Of a stretch of 64,000 bases of DNA, positions 49,488-62,900 are shown piece by piece. Position numbers and translations under genes: made by a program. The DNA lies in NCBI GenBank assembly GCA_002269645.1, contig NIVC01002291.1, forward strand, positions 202,333 to 266,332, given 5' to 3'. A model generated the notes under the pieces. That model made no database searches. It saw only the letters and a program-made list of their open reading frames with translations, and was not told the origin of the DNA. Positions within the stretch are counted from its first letter, which is position 1. Every line of letters starts with the position of its first letter. This DNA comes from Macrostomum lignano. Taxonomy: Eukaryota.

Positions 49488-49641
49488 CACATGTCACTCA
49501 GCAAGAACCGGCGCAAGCGAGGCCTTGAGCTGGAGCAGCTCGAGCTTGAAGCCAGCGAGAAGATGCTGTCGTCAGCGGCCAGTCGACCCGACGTTGCCCA
49601 GGGAGCGCCTGTCGAGACGATGCGGCGAGGCACGGATCCAG
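49488..49641 (+). CDS. Probable protocadherin cytoplasmic exon 4
   Basis: Polypyrimidine tract and ttcgcAG|CAC acceptor in phase 0; HMSLSKNRRKRGLELEQ...; CCAG|GTGATC donor, phase 1. Confidence 0.55.
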
Positions 49642-49770
49642 GTGATCCAGGCGTTGATGTAAAGCTGATGAACTGGAAAAGATAGAAAGAAGAGGGACAG
49701 ATAGCAGGACTCCAGAATCTCGAGTCTACCCACCCAGTTAAAGAGAACTAGACTACAGCAATCTAATTAG

Positions 49771-50228
49771 TGGAGGCAAACAAATTCCTGTCGATTTTGC
49801 CAGGCTTCCTTGACCAACGCGGCTACTTCAGCGGCGCGGTCAGCCAGTCGGACGAAAATCTGTTCCGAGATGTCGGCGTCGCGGCTGCTGGCGGTTCGTC
49901 CGCTACAATGCATCGCCGGCAGCCACCGCAGCAGCAACAGCAGCAGCAGCAGCAGCAAAGACGTCAGACGAGGCAGCAACAGCAGCAGCATCCGGCTGAC
50001 ATGTACAGTATTCCCATGCCACCGCTACTGCAGGGGGCCGGTGCCATCATAGGATCGGCAACGGGATCTCGGGATCAGCTGCGCTCCAAACAGCCGCTGA
50101 ACTACACACAGCTTACCAGCCTGTCCCAGCCAGTGTGCCAGGACTATGCCAATCCGGTGACCTCTTTGGCCACCATAAATAGCAATCGACCGGCCCGCTT
50201 GCCCTACGATCATGTTAGCGACGTCTGA
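49771..50228 (+). CDS. Probable protocadherin last exon (poly-Q, ends YDHVSDV*)
   Basis: ctaattAG|TG acceptor, phase-1 compatible; GC-rich ORF 49770-50228. Confidence 0.55.
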
Positions 50229-50684
50229 GCTGAACTTCGCATTTTCTAATTCTCTCTGCTGTCTGACGCACGTTTCTTCTTTGACTAGCAACGGATACAA
50301 ATAAAAGCTAAATGGGCCAGAAACTGTACTTTTAGGTTGGATGGCTTAGCGCGCTGAACCTCTCCGACGTCGCAAAATCTCTAACCTCTAAGCCGCATTT
50401 TAATGCCTTCTCTTCATTGGTCCAGCCAGCCTAATACTGTCATGTACATTTCAGTTGGCGCTGGCTAATGTACATTGCGGCTGCAACAATAGCAAGTTAA
50501 ATTGTCGATTTACAAGTCTGCAAGTCACTCTAAACTGCTACATAAAATAGCTCACAATTTCTTCTTTGCTACTGATTGAAAGTAGAAAGACTATTTTAAC
50601 ACGGCAGTATGCCTAAGCGGCCCCATCTTGCTTTTATAGGATCTGTGATTGAGACTATGTCTATACACAATCGCCTTCTTAGTT

Positions 50685-50885
50685 CTTATTGGCTGCCAAT
50701 TTGAGTAGCAGCCACCTCTCTTACCCCGTCCTTCCTTTAACTCTTTTCTGATTGGCTGCCAATTTCTCTAGCAGCCACCTCACCTACCCCGTCCTTCCTT
50801 TCTCTGTTTTCTGATTGGCTGCCAATTTAAGTAGCAGCCACCTCTCTTACTCGCCCTTCCTATCCCTCTTTTCTGATGGCTGCCA
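50685..50885. repeat. ~63-bp repeat, 3-4 copies, each with an ATTGGCTGCCAAT near-palindrome
   Basis: Motif starts at about 50688, 50751 and 50814, with a degenerate copy at 50876. Confidence 0.8.
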
Positions 50886-51406
50886 GTTTAATCGTTAGCT
50901 TCATCCGCAAGCGCGTTAACGGCGTTGTTCGAGCTACTTGTATTCGAGATTATTTGATATTTGACTATTGCAATAAACTACTCGTAATTTCTTTATTTGA
51001 TTCATATTCCAAGGAACTCATGAGCTACGCGCATTCATCTGATTCACTGAGAATTTGCGTGAAGCCTTAATTGTTTTAATTTTTGTTTGTTCTGTAAATT
51101 GCCCACCGACCATAAGTTAATGATGCGGATTTGCTGCCCAAGCCTTGTTTTTATAGCACAGTATATATGGCAGTATTTTCATCATGAATTTACGTTAACT
51201 CACTTCTATTTTTTACCTTAGCTAGTCAGTGTTTATTTATGTAAATATTACAAGTTTGCTTCCTTTTTATAGTTACGTTTCGCACTTCGTTTTTGTCTAT
51301 TTATTGCTTGCCATATTTAAAAAATGCATTGAAATTCCTCTGAAACTATAAAATTTTGCTTTTTAAAGGCTGGCAATGCTTCAATAAAATTATTTAAAAT
51401 TCATCA

Positions 51407-51730
<324 letters not shown>

Positions 51731-52382
51731 AATATGAATTTCGGGATTCTGATAAATTTTTACCTCAGTGCTAATGCAGTGTTCAACCAAAAGCAGCTGC
51801 ATGTTTTCATCAGTTCAGCTCGAAATCAAATTACCCTTCCGATGCTTAAAAGAATCGTGAGCTTTGAGAATCGACTGAAACAGTTTTCCCCAGTGACCGG
51901 AGTTCGTTGTTTTCCAAGGCCTTTATTACATTATTCACATGTAGCGCGCATGCACAGCAAAAATTGTATAATAGCTAGGGAACGGGATATTTGCAAGTCT
52001 GATTAATCCCTTGAATTCCGCTGCCAAGCGCTGCTCCCCTACTAAACAAGTTAGGATCGTATTTAAACTATTATTTTGTTCCAAATGATCCCACGAGAGA
52101 GCTACTTTTTGGACGCATGATCTTACACATTCATTCCGCATATTACTGTATGCATGTTTGAAGCCAAGCCGGGAAGTCAGACATCGTGGCCGATCAACAG
52201 CACAACAACTCGTCGTTTTGTCATCTCGTCGTTCGTATTATTTTTTAGCCAAAATTATGACATTATGTCAAGCTTCTTAACTATACCTTCTGCCTTTTTA
52301 TTGTATGAACGAACGTATCTCTGAGTTTATAACTACGACAACTAAGGTTGCTGCTATATATACAAAAGATCGAAATATCATA

Positions 52383-53442
52383 CACTCAGCAACATTTAAA
52401 ACGCAACACTCTAACTAGAAGAAAAATCAACTCACTCAGAAGAGTCAAAGCGCATAGTCTATGGTTCAAATCGAGCTTCAGAAACGCGTGTAGCCTCCTC
52501 TCGCAAGTAACAGGGCGTTGACTCGACGTGGCATTCCCAGAACAAGGCGTCGAAAAAAGTCCTGGGGAATTTCCTGCCACGCGTTAGCAACAGCGTTTCG
52601 CAGTTCAGCGACTGTCTGCGGCGGATTCTGCCGTTGAACACTCCGCTTGATAAAGTCCCAGACATGTTCAATTGGGTTCATATCAGGGGATCTTGAAGGC
52701 CACCGAAGAGTACGCAGGTGCAGCTGGTCCTTGAGTTTGCTGACAGCTGCTGCCTGGTGCGCCGGTGCATTATCGTCCTGCAGTATGCAGTTTGCGACGC
52801 CACTAAAGTGGTTGTTAACAAAAGGGAGCAGATGCGTCTGCAGCAAACGAGCGTACTCATCGCCGTTCACGTTTGCGTCTAAGAAAACCGCAATCCTGCA
52901 GCGTGAATCCTGCGGCGAATCGTCTGCGCGCTGAGAACGTTGCCTCTGCGGCTTCTCTCTGCCCACATCAATCGCAGGAGTGTGGCAGGCAGTGTGGGGT
53001 TTCCACGCACTATTCTCAGCAGGCGTCGATCTGCCCTCGCTGTTGTACTGCGAAGTTGGTGAAGCACCGTACCTTTTCTCGCGTGAGCCACGCTTCCAGT
53101 GGCTCTGCTCTGCTCACGCTTCCAGTGGCTCTGCTCTTCTGTAGCAGACGTAAAACTGTTGAAGGCGACCTCCCGAAGTGGTTCGCAACTGTTCGAAGAG
53201 TACAACCTGCTTCCAACATTCCGACTGCTCGCCATCTTTCCGCGTCTGTCATCTGTTGAACCATTCTCTCAGCTGGATCACTCTATCTGAAAACAGTCCA
53301 TAGTCAACGCCCTGTTACTTGCGAGAGGAAGCTACACGCGTTTCTGAAGCTCGATTTGAACCATAGACTATGCGCTTCGACTCTTCTGAGTGAGTTGATT
53401 TTTCTTCTAGTTAGAGTGTTGCGTTTTAAATTTTGCTGAGTG
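52383..53442 (-). mobile_element. Tc1-family DNA transposon, internally deleted, 141-bp TIRs
   Basis: TA at both flanks (52381-82 and 53443-44). TIRs at 52383-52523 and 53302-53442 differ at about 3 positions. Confidence 0.93.
52478..53264 (-). pseudogene. Disrupted Tc1 transposase (D34E spacing retained, first catalytic D deleted)
   Basis: HTH-like N-terminus MVQQMTDAERWRAVGMLEAG, then a frameshift at a ~26-bp local duplication (about 53085-53140) and a deletion joining AAGLR to FLDANVNG. LQDDNAPAH...WPSRSPDMNPIEHVW has 34 residues between D and E. Confidence 0.9.
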
Positions 53443-53940
53443 TATAACACCATTTTACCCTCGATTTTGAACAAGGAGAACTTCGAAACTGACAAACTCC
53501 TCTTCAATATTGACACTCTATGGTCGGGCACTCAAAATCTACAATCAATATTGACAGATCAAGCTTCAATTTTGACAAACTCTGGTTCAATTTTGACAAT
53601 GCACGTTTAGTCAACTTCTCCTGGGGCGTTTGGATGACGCAGAATGTAGAAATGACACAATCGAATATATCCTCTAAGTAACTAAAAATGACGCGCAAAA
53701 AATTACCGTTTCAAAAAAGGATATATTCTAAATATACCCCATATAAAAAATGACGAAACTTAAACCAATAAAACAACACAAGATTTTCCCTATCCCAACA
53801 AAAATAAAGCTAAAATCAGATACACTACTTTAAGGAGAAAAACAAAGACACATATTAGACTTCAAGAGACAAAACTACAATCCTTCGAAAAACTATTTGA
53901 AGTTATAGTTATTCAAATAACTATGTAAATAACAATATTT

Positions 53941-56900
53941 GCACCTGCGTATATCAGCCCCATTGAGTGTCATTTCTAAGCTCTCCATTTAATTCTATAT
54001 ATTGACAGCGACAGGGCTAGTTAGAGATGCTGAGAGTAGCGGGCTCTGCGTCATCTTTGCACCTGTGTATATCAGCCCCATTGAGTGTCATTTCTAAGCT
54101 CTCCATTTAATTCTATATATTGACAGCGACAGGGCTAGTTAGAGATGCTGAGAGTAGCGGGCTCTGCGTCATCTTTGCACCTGTGTATATCAGCCCCATT
54201 GAGTGTCATTTCTAAGCTCTCCATTTAATTCTATATATTGACAGCGACAGGGCTAGTTAGAGATGCTGAGAGTAGCGGGCTCTGCGTCATCTTTGCACCT
54301 GTGTATATCAGCCCCATTGAGTGTCATTTCTAAGCTCTCCATTTAATTCTATATATTGACAGCGACAGGGCTAGTTAGAGATGCTGAGAGTAGCGGGCTC
54401 TGCGTCATCTTTGCACCTGTGTATATCAGCCCCATTGAGTGTCATTTCTAAGCTCTCCATTTAATTCTATATATTGACAGCGACAGGGCTAGTTAGAGAT
54501 GCTGAGTGTAGCGGGCTCTGCGTCATCTTTGCACCTGTGTATATCAGCCCCATTGAGTGTCATTTCTAAGCTCTCCATTTAATTCTATATATTGACAGCG
54601 ACAGGGCTAGTTAGAGATGCTGAGAGTAGCGGGCTCTGCGTCATCTTTGCACCTGTGTATATCAGCCCCATTGAGTGTCATTTCTAAGCTCTCCATTTAA
54701 TTCTATATATTGACAGCGACAGGGCTAGTTAGAGATGCTGAGTGTAGCGGGCTCTGCGTCATCTTTGCACCTGTGTATATCAGCCCCATTGAGTGTCATT
54801 TCTAAGCTCTCCATTTAATTCTATATATTGACAGCGACAGGGCTAGTTAGAGATGCTGAGAGTAGCGGGCTCTGCGTCATCTTTGCACCTGTGTATATCA
54901 GCCCCATTGAGTGTCATTTCTAAGCTCTCCATTTAATTCTATATATTGACAGCGACAGGGCTAGTTAGAGATGCTGAGTGTAGCGGGCTCTGCGTCATCT
55001 TTGCACCTGTGTATATCAGCCCCATTGAGTGTCATTTCTAAGCTCTCCATTTAATTCTATATATTGACAGCGACAGGGCTAGTTAGAGATGCTGAGAGTA
55101 GCGGGCTCTGCGTCATCTTTGCACCTGTGTATATCAGCCCCATTGAGTGTCATTTCTAAGCTCTCCATTTAATTCTATATATTGACAGCGACAGGGCTAG
55201 TTAGAGATGCTGAGAGTAGCGGGCTCTGCGTCATCTTTGCACCTGTGTATATCAGCCCCATTGAGTGTCATTTCTAAGCTCTCCATTTAATTCTATATAT
55301 TGACAGCGACAGGGCTAGTTAGAGATGCTGAGAGTAGCGGGCTCTGCGTCATCTTTGCACCTGTGTATATCAGCCCCATTGAGTGTCATTTCTAAGCTCT
55401 CCATTTAATTCTATATATTGACAGCGACAGGGCTAGTTAGAGATGCTGAGTGTAGCGGGCTCTGCGTCATCTTTGCACCTGTGTATATCAGCCCCATTGA
55501 GTGTCATTTCTAAGCTCTCCATTTAATTCTATATATTGACAGCGACAGGGCTAGTTAGAGATGCTGAGAGTAGCGGGCTCTGCGTCATCTTTGCACCTGT
55601 GTATATCAGCCCCATTGAGTGTCATTTCTAAGCTCTCCATTTAATTCTATATATTGACAGCGACAGGGCTAGTTAGAGATGCTGAGTGTAGCGGGCTCTG
55701 CGTCATCTTTGCACCTGTGTATATCAGCCCCATTGAGTGTCATTTCTAAGCTCTCCATTTAATTCTATATATTGACAGCGACAGGGCTAGTTAGAGATGC
55801 TGAGAGTAGCGGGCTCTGCGTCATCTTTGCACCTGTGTATATCAGCCCCATTGAGTGTCATTTCTAAGCTCTCCATTTAATTCTATATATTGACAGCGAC
55901 AGGGCTAGTTAGAGATGCTGAGAGTAGCGGGCTCTGCGTCATCTTTGCACCTGTGTATATCAGCCCCATTGAGTGTCATTTCTAAGCTCTCCATTTAATT
56001 CTATATATTGACAGCGACAGGGCTAGTTAGAGATGCTGAGAGTAGCGGGCTCTGCGTCATCTTTGCACCTGTGTATATCAGCCCCATTGAGTGTCATTTC
56101 TAAGCTCTCCATTTAATTCTATATATTGACAGCGACAGGGCTAGTTAGAGATGCTGAGAGTAGCGGGCTCTGCGTCATCTTTGCACCTGTGTATATCAGC
56201 CCCATTGAGTGTCATTTCTAAGCTCTCCATTTAATTCTATATATTGACAGCGACAGGGCTAGTTAGAGATGCTGAGAGTAGCGGGCTCTGCGTCATCTTT
56301 GCACCTGTGTATATCAGCCCCATTGAGTGTCATTTCTAAGCTCTCCATTTAATTCTATATATTGACAGCGACAGGGCTAGTTAGAGATGCTGAGAGTAGC
56401 GGGCTCTGCGTCATCTTTGCACCTGTGTATATCAGCCCCATTGAGTGTCATTTCTAAGCTCTCCATTTAATTCTATATATTGACAGCGACAGGGCTAGTT
56501 AGAGATGCTGAGAGTAGCGGGCTCTGCGTCATCTTTGCACCTGTGTATATCAGCCCCATTGAGTGTCATTTCTAAGCTCTCCATTTAATTCTATATATTG
56601 ACAGCGACAGGGCTAGTTAGAGATGCTGAGAGTAGCGGGCTCTGCGTCATCTTTGCACCTGTGTATATCAGCCCCATTGAGTGTCATTTCTAAGCTCTCC
56701 ATTTAATTCTATATATTGACAGCGACAGGGCTAGTTAGAGATGCTGAGAGTAGCGGGCTCTGCGTCATCTTTGCACCTGTGTATATCAGCCCCATTGAGT
56801 GTCATTTCTAAGCTCTCCATTTAATTCTATATATTGACAGCGACAGGGCTAGTTAGAGATGCTGAGAGTAGCGGGCTCTGCGTCATCTTTGCACCTGTGT

Positions 56901-59900
56901 ATATCAGCCCCATTGAGTGTCATTTCTAAGCTCTCCATTTAATTCTATATATTGACAGCGACAGGGCTAGTTAGAGATGCTGAGAGTAGCGGGCTCTGCG
57001 TCATCTTTGCACCTGTGTATATCAGCCCCATTGAGTGTCATTTCTAAGCTCTCCATTTAATTCTATATATTGACAGCGACAGGGCTAGTTAGAGATGCTG
57101 AGAGTAGCGGGCTCTGCGTCATCTTTGCACCTGTGTATATCAGCCCCATTGAGTGTCATTTCTAAGCTCTCCATTTAATTCTATATATTGACAGCGACAG
57201 GGCTAGTTAGAGATGCTGAGTGTAGCGGGCTCTGCGTCATCTTTGCACCTGTGTATATCAGCCCCATTGAGTGTCATTTCTAAGCTCTCCATTTAATTCT
57301 ATATATTGACAGCGACAGGGCTAGTTAGAGATGCTGAGAGTAGCGGGCTCTGCGTCATCTTTGCACCTGTGTATATCAGCCCCATTGAGTGTCATTTCTA
57401 AGCTCTCCATTTAATTCTATATATTGACAGCGACAGGGCTAGTTAGAGATGCTGAGTGTAGCGGGCTCTGCGTCATCTTTGCACCTGTGTATATCAGCCC
57501 CATTGAGTGTCATTTCTAAGCTCTCCATTTAATTCTATATATTGACAGCGACAGGGCTAGTTAGAGATGCTGAGAGTAGCGGGCTCTGCGTCATCTTTGC
57601 ACCTGTGTATATCAGCCCCATTGAGTGTCATTTCTAAGCTCTCCATTTAATTCTATATATTGACAGCGACAGGGCTAGTTAGAGATGCTGAGTGTAGCGG
57701 GCTCTGCGTCATCTTTGCACCTGTGTATATCAGCCCCATTGAGTGTCATTTCTAAGCTCTCCATTTAATTCTATATATTGACAGCGACAGGGCTAGTTAG
57801 AGATGCTGAGAGTAGCGGGCTCTGCGTCATCTTTGCACCTGTGTATATCAGCCCCATTGAGTGTCATTTCTAAGCTCTCCATTTAATTCTATATATTGAC
57901 AGCGACAGGGCTAGTTAGAGATGCTGAGAGTAGCGGGCTCTGCGTCATCTTTGCACCTGTGTATATCAGCCCCATTGAGTGTCATTTCTAAGCTCTCCAT
58001 TTAATTCTATATATTGACAGCGACAGGGCTAGTTAGAGATGCTGAGAGTAGCGGGCTCTGCGTCATCTTTGCACCTGTGTATATCAGCCCCATTGAGTGT
58101 CATTTCTAAGCTCTCCATTTAATTCTATATATTGACAGCGACAGGGCTAGTTAGAGATGCTGAGAGTAGCGGGCTCTGCGTCATCTTTGCACCTGTGTAT
58201 ATCAGCCCCATTGAGTGTCATTTCTAAGCTCTCCATTTAATTCTATATATTGACAGCGACAGGGCTAGTTAGAGATGCTGAGTGTAGCGGGCTCTGCGTC
58301 ATCTTTGCACCTGTGTATATCAGCCCCATTGAGTGTCATTTCTAAGCTCTCCATTTAATTCTATATATTGACAGCGACAGGGCTAGTTAGAGATGCTGAG
58401 AGTAGCGGGCTCTGCGTCATCTTTGCACCTGTGTATATCAGCCCCATTGAGTGTCATTTCTAAGCTCTCCATTTAATTCTATATATTGACAGCGACAGGG
58501 CTAGTTAGAGATGCTGAGAGTAGCGGGCTCTGCGTCATCTTTGCACCTGTGTATATCAGCCCCATTGAGTGTCATTTCTAAGCTCTCCATTTAATTCTAT
58601 ATATTGACAGCGACAGGGCTAGTTAGAGATGCTGAGAGTAGCGGGCTCTGCGTCATCTTTGCACCTGTGTATATCAGCCCCATTGAGTGTCATTTCTAAG
58701 CTCTCCATTTAATTCTATATATTGACAGCGACAGGGCTAGTTAGAGATGCTGAGAGTAGCGGGCTCTGCGTCATCTTTGCACCTGTGTATATCAGCCCCA
58801 TTGAGTGTCATTTCTAAGCTCTCCATTTAATTCTATATATTGACAGCGACAGGGCTAGTTAGAGATGCTGAGAGTAGCGGGCTCTGCGTCATCTTTGCAC
58901 CTGTGTATATCAGCCCCATTGAGTGTCATTTCTAAGCTCTCCATTTAATTCTATATATTGACAGCGACAGGGCTAGTTAGAGATGCTGAGAGTAGCGGGC
59001 TCTGCGTCATCTTTGCACCTGTGTATATCAGCCCCATTGAGTGTCATTTCTAAGCTCTCCATTTAATTCTATATATTGACAGCGACAGGGCTAGTTAGAG
59101 ATGCTGAGAGTAGCGGGCTCTGCGTCATCTTTGCACCTGTGTATATCAGCCCCATTGAGTGTCATTTCTAAGCTCTCCATTTAATTCTATATATTGACAG
59201 CGACAGGGCTAGTTAGAGATGCTGAGAGTAGCGGGCTCTGCGTCATCTTTGCACCTGTGTATATCAGCCCCATTGAGTGTCATTTCTAAGCTCTCCATTT
59301 AATTCTATATATTGACAGCGACAGGGCTAGTTAGAGATGCTGAGAGTAGCGGGCTCTGCGTCATCTTTGCACCTGTGTATATCAGCCCCATTGAGTGTCA
59401 TTTCTAAGCTCTCCATTTAATTCTATATATTGACAGCGACAGGGCTAGTTAGAGATGCTGAGAGTAGCGGGCTCTGCGTCATCTTTGCACCTGTGTATAT
59501 CAGCCCCATTGAGTGTCATTTCTAAGCTCTCCATTTAATTCTATATATTGACAGCGACAGGGCTAGTTAGAGATGCTGAGAGTAGCGGGCTCTGCGTCAT
59601 CTTTGCACCTGTGTATATCAGCCCCATTGAGTGTCATTTCTAAGCTCTCCATTTAATTCTATATATTGACAGCGACAGGGCTAGTTAGAGATGCTGAGAG
59701 TAGCGGGCTCTGCGTCATCTTTGCACCTGTGTATATCAGCCCCATTGAGTGTCATTTCTAAGCTCTCCATTTAATTCTATATATTGACAGCGACAGGGCT
59801 AGTTAGAGATGCTGAGAGTAGCGGGCTCTGCGTCATCTTTGCACCTGTGTATATCAGCCCCATTGAGTGTCATTTCTAAGCTCTCCATTTAATTCTATAT

Positions 59901-62900
59901 ATTGACAGCGACAGGGCTAGTTAGAGATGCTGAGAGTAGCGGGCTCTGCGTCATCTTTGCACCTGTGTATATCAGCCCCATTGAGTGTCATTTCTAAGCT
60001 CTCCATTTAATTCTATATATTGACAGCGACAGGGCTAGTTAGAGATGCTGAGAGTAGCGGGCTCTGCGTCATCTTTGCACCTGTGTATATCAGCCCCATT
60101 GAGTGTCATTTCTAAGCTCTCCATTTAATTCTATATATTGACAGCGACAGGGCTAGTTAGAGATGCTGAGAGTAGCGGGCTCTGCGTCATCTTTGCACCT
60201 GTGTATATCAGCCCCATTGAGTGTCATTTCTAAGCTCTCCATTTAATTCTATATATTGACAGCGACAGGGCTAGTTAGAGATGCTGAGAGTAGCGGGCTC
60301 TGCGTCATCTTTGCACCTGTGTATATCAGCCCCATTGAGTGTCATTTCTAAGCTCTCCATTTAATTCTATATATTGACAGCGACAGGGCTAGTTAGAGAT
60401 GCTGAGAGTAGCGGGCTCTGCGTCATCTTTGCACCTGTGTATATCAGCCCCATTGAGTGTCATTTCTAAGCTCTCCATTTAATTCTATATATTGACAGCG
60501 ACAGGGCTAGTTAGAGATGCTGAGAGTAGCGGGCTCTGCGTCATCTTTGCACCTGTGTATATCAGCCCCATTGAGTGTCATTTCTAAGCTCTCCATTTAA
60601 TTCTATATATTGACAGCGACAGGGCTAGTTAGAGATGCTGAGAGTAGCGGGCTCTGCGTCATCTTTGCACCTGTGTATATCAGCCCCATTGAGTGTCATT
60701 TCTAAGCTCTCCATTTAATTCTATATATTGACAGCGACAGGGCTAGTTAGAGATGCTGAGAGTAGCGGGCTCTGCGTCATCTTTGCACCTGTGTATATCA
60801 GCCCCATTGAGTGTCATTTCTAAGCTCTCCATTTAATTCTATATATTGACAGCGACAGGGCTAGTTAGAGATGCTGAGAGTAGCGGGCTCTGCGTCATCT
60901 TTGCACCTGTGTATATCAGCCCCATTGAGTGTCATTTCTAAGCTCTCCATTTAATTCTATATATTGACAGCGACAGGGCTAGTTAGAGATGCTGAGAGTA
61001 GCGGGCTCTGCGTCATCTTTGCACCTGTGTATATCAGCCCCATTGAGTGTCATTTCTAAGCTCTCCATTTAATTCTATATATTGACAGCGACAGGGCTAG
61101 TTAGAGATGCTGAGAGTAGCGGGCTCTGCGTCATCTTTGCACCTGTGTATATCAGCCCCATTGAGTGTCATTTCTAAGCTCTCCATTTAATTCTATATAT
61201 TGACAGCGACAGGGCTAGTTAGAGATGCTGAGAGTAGCGGGCTCTGCGTCATCTTTGCACCTGTGTATATCAGCCCCATTGAGTGTCATTTCTAAGCTCT
61301 CCATTTAATTCTATATATTGACAGCGACAGGGCTAGTTAGAGATGCTGAGAGTAGCGGGCTCTGCGTCATCTTTGCACCTGTGTATATCAGCCCCATTGA
61401 GTGTCATTTCTAAGCTCTCCATTTAATTCTATATATTGACAGCGACAGGGCTAGTTAGAGATGCTGAGAGTAGCGGGCTCTGCGTCATCTTTGCACCTGT
61501 GTATATCAGCCCCATTGAGTGTCATTTCTAAGCTCTCCATTTAATTCTATATATTGACAGCGACAGGGCTAGTTAGAGATGCTGAGAGTAGCGGGCTCTG
61601 CGTCATCTTTGCACCTGTGTATATCAGCCCCATTGAGTGTCATTTCTAAGCTCTCCATTTAATTCTATATATTGACAGCGACAGGGCTAGTTAGAGATGC
61701 TGAGAGTAGCGGGCTCTGCGTCATCTTTGCACCTGTGTATATCAGCCCCATTGAGTGTCATTTCTAAGCTCTCCATTTAATTCTATATATTGACAGCGAC
61801 AGGGCTAGTTAGAGATGCTGAGAGTAGCGGGCTCTGCGTCATCTTTGCACCTGTGTATATCAGCCCCATTGAGTGTCATTTCTAAGCTCTCCATTTAATT
61901 CTATATATTGACAGCGACAGGGCTAGTTAGAGATGCTGAGAGTAGCGGGCTCTGCGTCATCTTTGCACCTGTGTATATCAGCCCCATTGAGTGTCATTTC
62001 TAAGCTCTCCATTTAATTCTATATATTGACAGCGACAGGGCTAGTTAGAGATGCTGAGAGTAGCGGGCTCTGCGTCATCTTTGCACCTGTGTATATCAGC
62101 CCCATTGAGTGTCATTTCTAAGCTCTCCATTTAATTCTATATATTGACAGCGACAGGGCTAGTTAGAGATGCTGAGAGTAGCGGGCTCTGCGTCATCTTT
62201 GCACCTGTGTATATCAGCCCCATTGAGTGTCATTTCTAAGCTCTCCATTTAATTCTATATATTGACAGCGACAGGGCTAGTTAGAGATGCTGAGTGTAGC
62301 GGGCTCTGCGTCATCTTTGCACCTGTGTATATCAGCCCCATTGAGTGTCATTTCTAAGCTCTCCATTTAATTCTATATATTGACAGCGACAGGGCTAGTT
62401 AGAGATGCTGAGAGTAGCGGGCTCTGCGTCATCTTTGCACCTGTGTATATCAGCCCCATTGAGTGTCATTTCTAAGCTCTCCATTTAATTCTATATATTG
62501 ACAGCGACAGGGCTAGTTAGAGATGCTGAGTGTAGCGGGCTCTGCGTCATCTTTGCACCTGTGTATATCAGCCCCATTGAGTGTCATTTCTAAGCTCTCC
62601 ATTTAATTCTATATATTGACAGCGACAGGGCTAGTTAGAGATGCTGAGAGTAGCGGGCTCTGCGTCATCTTTGCACCTGTGTATATCAGCCCCATTGAGT
62701 GTCATTTCTAAGCTCTCCATTTAATTCTATATATTGACAGCGACAGGGCTAGTTAGAGATGCTGAGAGTAGCGGGCTCTGCGTCATCTTTGCACCTGTGT
62801 ATATCAGCCCCATTGAGTGTCATTTCTAAGCTCTCCATTTAATTCTATATATTGACAGCGACAGGGCTAGTTAGAGATGCTGAGAGTAGCGGGCTCTGCG

